A stretch of DNA of 64,000 nt from NCBI RefSeq assembly GCF_006345805.1, contig NC_043003.1, positions 90,396,001 to 90,460,000 on the forward strand. The letters are read 5' to 3'. Source of the stretch: Octopus sinensis. Its lineage: Eukaryota. The notes beneath the pieces were generated by a model that did no database searches, had not been told where the DNA came from, and saw only the letters and a list, made by a program, of their open reading frames with translations. The stretch's first letter is position 1. Every line of letters begins with the position of its first letter. Shown piece after piece: positions 58,005 through 64,000 of this stretch. The translations under genes were made by a program, and so were the position numbers.

Positions 58005-61000
58005 GTGAGTTTTCTTTTCAGGTACATGAAGCCACTGTCCCCCGTCCCAGGGTCTCATGGGCCCATCCCGGCCCATCCCTCCCACACCCTCAGGGTTAGC
58101 ACTCTCAATGTTGGCACACTGAAAGGTAGGTCTAGTGAGATTGTTGAGATGCTTGAACGGAGATGTGTTGATATATGTTGCATCCAAGAAGTAAAGTGGA
58201 GAGGAGGTTCTGCTAGGTTCCTCACAGGCAAAGAACGCAGGTACAAGATTTTCTGGGTGGGGAACACTGATGGGGTCGGGGGCGTTGGTATACTTCTTGC
58301 TGAAAAATGGGTAGATAAGGTAATTGAGGTAGTCAGAGTATGTGACAGAATACTTAAGATTAGATTAGTGCTTCACTATTATATCGGGGCTACTCGATGG
58401 ACAGAAAGACCGATTCTATGACACCCTACTGCAGACGAATGACAGGGACCTTCTTTTTGTGGCTGGTGACTTCAATGGACATGTTGGACAACATACAGGG
58501 GGCTTCCATGGCGTACATGGAGGCTACGGCTATGGTTCCAGCAACGAGGAGGGAACCAGGCTGCTGGAGTTCTGCGATGCAAGTGATCTTATGGTTTGCA
58601 ATACTAACTTCTGGAAACCTATCAGTCACCTAGTCACCTAGACATACTAGCCAAATTGACTACATCCTCGTCAGAAAAAGGGAAAGATGGCTGCTTATAA
58701 ATGCCAAAACCTTCCCAAGCGAAGACTGTACCCCACAACATAGACTGGTAGTTAGTGACTTTAGGATCTAAGTGGACGCCCAGAAGATGACTAACATGGA
58801 AAAGAAGGGTCTGGAAGCTTAAAGATTTTGCGAATGGACAGAGATTTAGAGACATATTACTCGAAGCCTTTAATGAAATAGAAGAGGATATAGCTTCACA
58901 TAGTGTAGAAGACAACTGGAGGTTTCTACGGGACAAGCTGCTGAGAGCCACTGACCACTGTGGATGGTGCAAAGTCCCCTCTCGATGGTGGTGGAACAAT
59001 GTTGTAGACAGGCCTATTAGAGAAAAGAGACAGGCTTGGAAGGACTGCAAGAACGGTGGTAGCAGGGAATTGTATCAGACTGCCAGAAGAGAAGCTAGGA
59101 GACAGGTTTACTTAGCCAGAGGGGAAGCAAATACGAAAAAATTTGCCAATGTTCTGCGCCGTGAGGATCAAAGACTTGAAGTATTTCGTGCTGCAAAACA
59201 GTGTGTGAGAGAGAATCGAGATGTTGTAGGAGAGAAATGTGTCTGCATGGATGATAGTTCTCTTGCACTAAATGGAGCTGCAAAGTGAGAGGTTCGGAGA
59301 CGCCATTATGAAAGGTTGCTGAATAAAGAAAATGAATGGGAGATAGAGAGTCTGCTGAATGTCGACCCAATAGAGGGACCAGCTATCCGAGTTGACAGTA
59401 TCTTGGTAGTTAAGGCAATTAGAAGCATGAAGACAGGGAAAGCCCCAGGCCCATCAGGAATTACTGCAGAGATGCTCAAAATATCTGGTGGTGTCGGCTA
59501 TAGCCTAGTCACCCGTATAGTTAACCAGGTGATACACGAAGGAGTCATACCCAATGACTGGTGTAGCAGCATAATAGTCAACTGCTACAAAGGTAAAGGT
59601 GACGCCCTAGATATAAATAATTACAGAGGTATCAAGCTGTTGGATCAGGTAATGAAGGTTATGGAGAGGGTCATAGCCCAACTAATTAGAGAGAGAGTTA
59701 GTTTGGATGAAATGCAGTTTGGTTTCGTGCCAGGGAAAAGTACCACTGATGCTATATTTCTGGTAAGACAGCTGCAGGAGAAATACCTAGCCAAAGATAA
59801 GCCCCTGTACCTGGCTTTCGTTGACATGGAGAAAGCCTTTGACAGGGTCCCCCGATCCCTTATCTGGTGGTCAATGAGGAAACTAGGGATAGATGAATGG
59901 TTAGTGAGAGCTGTGCAAGCCGTGTACAGGGATGCTGTAAGTAAGGTGAGGGTTGGCAATGAGTACACTGAAGAATTCCGGGTAGAGGTAGGGGTCCACC
60001 AAGGTTCAGTCCTCAGCCCCCTTCTATTTATCATAGTCCTCCAGGCAATAATGGAGGAATTCAAGATAGGATGCCCCTGGGAGTTCCTCTATGCTGATGA
60101 CCTTGCTCTAATTGCTGAGTCACTATCAGAACTAGAGAAGTTTCAAGTGTGGAAACAAGGATTAGAATCAAAGGGCCTTAGAGTCAACCTAGCTAAAACC
60201 AAAGTCCTAATAAGTAGGAAGGCAGGCAAACCACAAATGCCTTCAGTTAAATGGCCCTGCTCGATCTGTAGTAGAGGTGTAGGAAGAAACTCTATAAGAT
60301 GTACCCAGTGTAAGCTATGGACACACAAGAGGTGCAGCAATATCAAAGGAAGGCTAACTGGGAAGATAGTTTTTGTGTGTGGCAGATGCTCAGGTGCAAT
60401 AAACACTGACAATGCGCAGAGAACAACTTCCGCCATATTCTGAGGAGAAAAACTAGAAGTAGTTGATAGCTTCTATTACCTAGGTGACCAAGTCAGTAGC
60501 GTGGAGGGTGCACTGAAAGTGTAGCTACTAGAATAAGAATAGCTTGGGCAAAGTTCAGAGAGTTCTTACCCCTGCTGGTGACAAAGGGCCTCTCGCTCAG
60601 AGTAAAAGGTAGACTGTATGACGCATGTGTACAAACAGCCATGTTACATGGCAGTGAAACATGGGCTGTGACTGCTGAGGACATGCATAAGCTCACAAGG
60701 AATGAAGCCAGTATGATCTGATGGATGTGTAATGTCAGTGTGCATACTCGACAGAGTGTAAATACCTTGAGAGAAAAGTTGGACCTAAGAAGCATCAGAT
60801 GTGGTGTGCAAGAGAGATGACTGCACTGGTATGGTCATGTAGCGAGAATGGATGAAGATAGCTGTGTGAAAAAGTGCCACACCCTAGCAGTTGAGGGAAC
60901 CTGTGGAAGAGGTAGACTCAGGAAGACCTGGGATGAAGTGGTGAAGCACGACCTTTGAAATTTAGTCCTTACCAAGGAAATTACTAGTGACCGAGTCCTT

Positions 61001-61669
61001 TGGAAATATGCTGTGCTTGAGAAGACCCGGCAAGCCAAATGAGACCATAACCTTGTGGCCTGTGCCAGGGGTGTAACCAGCCCACTTGTGCATACCTTTT
61101 CCTTCTTTGAACACTAAACTCTGCTTGCGAAGACCTGTTGAGGCAAGTGAAATCAAAATCAAAATCAAAGTGAAATTCAATGACGGGCATGATTGTTGAC
61201 AGAGTGGCTAACCAGCTTCCATGCCAGTGGCACATAAGAGGCACCATTCGAGTGTGATCGTTGCCAGCCTCGCCTTACTGGCACTTGTGCCCCATGCTAG
61301 TAGGGTGCTAAGAGCACCATCCGAACGTGATCATTGCCAGAGCGGCTAACTGGCTTCCAGTGGTATGTCGTAGGCACCATTCGAGCGGGATCATTACCAG
61401 TATTGCCTTACTGGCACCTGTGCCGTTGGCATGTGTAAAAAAATTCGAGCGAAGTCGTTGCCAGTACCGCCTGACTGGCCCCGTGCCGGTGGCACATAAA
61501 AAGCACCCACTACACTCTCGGAGTGGTTAGCGTTAGGAAGGGCATCCAACTGTAGAAACTCTACCAGATCAAGACTGGAGCCTGGTGCAGCCATCTGGTT
61601 GGCCAGCCCACAGTCAAACCGTCCAACCCATGCTAGCATGGAAAGCGGACGTTAAACGACGATGATGAT
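58005..61669 (+). mobile_element. Near-full-length RTE-clade LINE (APE endonuclease, RT and PHD-like finger; disrupted ORF 58026-61042; ~630 bp 3' UTR; (GAT)n tail)
   Basis: TLNVGTL, CIQE, GVGILL, AGDFNGHVG and QIDYIL (APE); GKAPGP, NYRGIKLL, QFGFVPGKSTTDAIF, FVDMEKAFD, GVHQGSVLSPLLF and YADD (RT); YLG, HWYGHV and GRGRLRKTW. Multiple stops and frameshifts; the 5' boundary is uncertain. Confidence 0.95.
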
Positions 61670-62196
61670 ATACAGAAAGATAGATTGATGGATACAATTG
61701 AGTGGGCAAGGAGAAATATGAGACACTGCCTAGAAGTATTTTTTGTCAAATGAATCGTCACCAGTGCTTTTTTATATTTTGATAAGCCTGGTACTTATTC
61801 TATCAGTCACTTTTTGTCAAACCAGTAAGTTATGGGGATGTAAATAAAATAACAGCAGTTGTGAAGCAGTGATGAGGGAGAAACACAGACACACACATAC
61901 ACTTACATATATACACAATTGTTTGCTTTCAGTTTCTGTATACAAAATCCACTGACAAGGCTTTGGTTGGTCTGTAGCTATAGCAGAAGACACATGCCAA
62001 GTTACCATACAGTGGGACTGAACCTAGGACCATGTGTTTTGGAACCAAGTTTCTTACCATACAGACACACCTGCACCTATATATATGTATGTGTGTGTGT
62101 ATATATGTATGTATATATGTATGTATATATATATGTATAAATATATGTATGCATGTATATATATATATATATATGTGTACATATACATCTATATAT

Positions 62197-62384
62197 ATCA
62201 CTTTGACCGACCAGTCCGTCAGGCGTCCATTTGACACCGCTGGTCACAGCACGCTGTCCACTCCTCTCTGGATCGCGCCTTTCTCATCCACATGATCCCA
62301 ATCGTCCTCTTGAAATCGTTACTCCACCGTCGTGGAGGTCTTTTCCGCTCACGCGGATACCACTCAACAACTGCGTGCGTATAG
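62197..62384 (-). mobile_element. Short 3' end of a second RTE family inserted in (TA)n
   Basis: Minus-strand THAVVEWYPRERKRPPRRWSNDF...WMRKARSREEW, a typical RTE C-terminus. Confidence 0.8.
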
Positions 62385-62385
62385 A

Positions 62386-62441
<56 letters not shown>

Positions 62442-62557
62442 TCTATACATATACATGTGCAGATGTATACATATATTTATACGTAATATTTATATATATT
62501 ATATATATGTATGTATGTATGCCTGTATATGTGTGAGATAATAGTTTCAGTATTAAT

Positions 62558-64000
62558 TAGGCCTCGAAACCGGTTTTATATTATGATCAGCAAAACCAAA
62601 ACCGATTTGCCAAAACTGATTTTAAGGCTTGCTGTTTCGGATCTTTTCAATAAAAGATGTTTTATGTAACACATTCTACCAGTATACGAAGTTTAAAAGT
62701 GTTTAGTTACAAATAACTATTTTTTTAATGTGCCGGTCAAAGTGTTTCTTTCTTTTTTTTTTTTTTCGCAAAACATTTCTCCATTTCTTCATTTCAAGAA
62801 ATACCTTTGAAACTGAACTAACTGAACTGTTGTCGGTCGCCTTTAGTTGAGAGTGCTGTCTGTTTCATTGAAACATATTGCAACATATCAATTCTCACCT
62901 TCTCTCCCCTTGAACCTTAGATCAGCACCTTGTCATCTCCTTTGCTAACCCCTGGCTGATTCTTTGAATTTGCAGGTAACTGAGTTTATTCATAGCAAGT
63001 CAAGAGGATGCTGTTAGTCTTCAGTCAGGTGATCTTTCCCATTGAGCTTATGTAATAACCAGTTCCAGATTCGTTTCAAGAAAGTAACACTAAATTTTTT
63101 GATTAAAAAGTGAAGAGATCGCTATAACAGACGATAGTGATGATGAAGCTGACATAAGCCAACAAGACATACTTTGTCAAACAGATCTGGCTCACGAAAA
63201 TACTTGTTTTCCCCAAGTTAAAACCTGAATTTAACAAAGTTTTAAATAAGGTAAAAAAACTTTTCCGTAAATCTACAAAAAATGAAATTTTGCAAGATTT
63301 TGTACGAGTGAACTTTGATAACAGAGAATATAAACTTATACTGGATTGCAGAACTCGGTGGAATAGCACATTCCATATGATTGAAAGATTTTTGAAATTG
63401 AAAGCTGCATTCCAAATGCTCTACAAGCAGAACTTTCCACAGATGCCGTCGCTGACGAAGAATGGAAATCTCTCAATTTACTATATGAAATTCTGCATTC
63501 AGTAGAAATTATTTTGAAGGCTATTTGTGCTGATGATACAGATTTACTGAAAGCGGAATATTCTATAGAATTTTTATTGAATAAACTTAATATCGTCAGC
63601 AACCTTTTGGCTCTAAACCTTCGTGAAAGACTTATGCATAGATATAATAAGAGAAGAAATGTCGAAACCTTGATTCTCTTGAGGTATTTACATAACCCAA
63701 GGAAATTTAAAGGTGAGTCAATTTCTGGACCTTTTCTATTTTTTAATGAAACAACATTTAAGGAAGTATGCTGAACAAACATATAGAAGATTATTTCCTG
63801 AACATGATGCTGAGAACACAACAGAATTATACAAAGAAAATGAAATAGGAGAGAACCTAAAAACAAGTGTTACTGTTGTCCCATCTACTTATGAAGGTAA
63901 TGGACTCATGCGTGAATACACAAGCGCAATGAAGAAAATGAATGAAGAGCCCAAGATGGTAACAGATGGATTTGAAATCTCTAAAGAATTCAGGTACTAT
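62558..64000 (+). mobile_element. hAT-superfamily DNA transposon, frameshifted transposase running off the window
   Basis: TAGGCCTCGAAACCGGTTT terminus-like sequence; LILDCRTRWNSTFHMIERFLKLK, DEEWKSL and LLRYLHNP motifs at about 63240-63720. Confidence 0.8.

Noticed and set aside
59645-60064. Antisense ORF within the LINE RT
   Set aside because: Shadow of the sense-strand RT coding sequence, with no independent motifs.

Overview
AT-rich, microsatellite-dense animal DNA. The repeat complement and intron style suggest an octopus or other coleoid cephalopod, which is an inference. One host gene is present: the last 9 coding exons (+ strand, 7899-38860; 1272 nt, 423 aa plus stop, GT-AG with matching phases) of a BMP type I receptor kinase of the BMPR1A/B-ALK3/6-thickveins class. 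Its 5' exons were not found in the window. The kinase catalytic motifs are intact, but the Smad-selecting L45 loop is 4 residues shorter than the family consensus (ADIKGT-QLY vs ADIKGTGSWTQLY), and the P+1 loop reads GTKLY instead of GTKRY. The rest is transposon-derived: a decayed DD36E Tc1, a near-full-length RTE LINE with a PHD-type finger inside its RT region, many RTE 3' ends, tRNA-derived SINEs in head-to-tail arrays, a non-autonomous Helitron with a PIF1 helicase remnant, a hAT transposase, TTAA MITEs, and foldback elements. Several of the foldback elements carry Penelope-type minimal hammerhead ribozyme motifs, one of them sense-strand about 150 nt upstream of a receptor exon.
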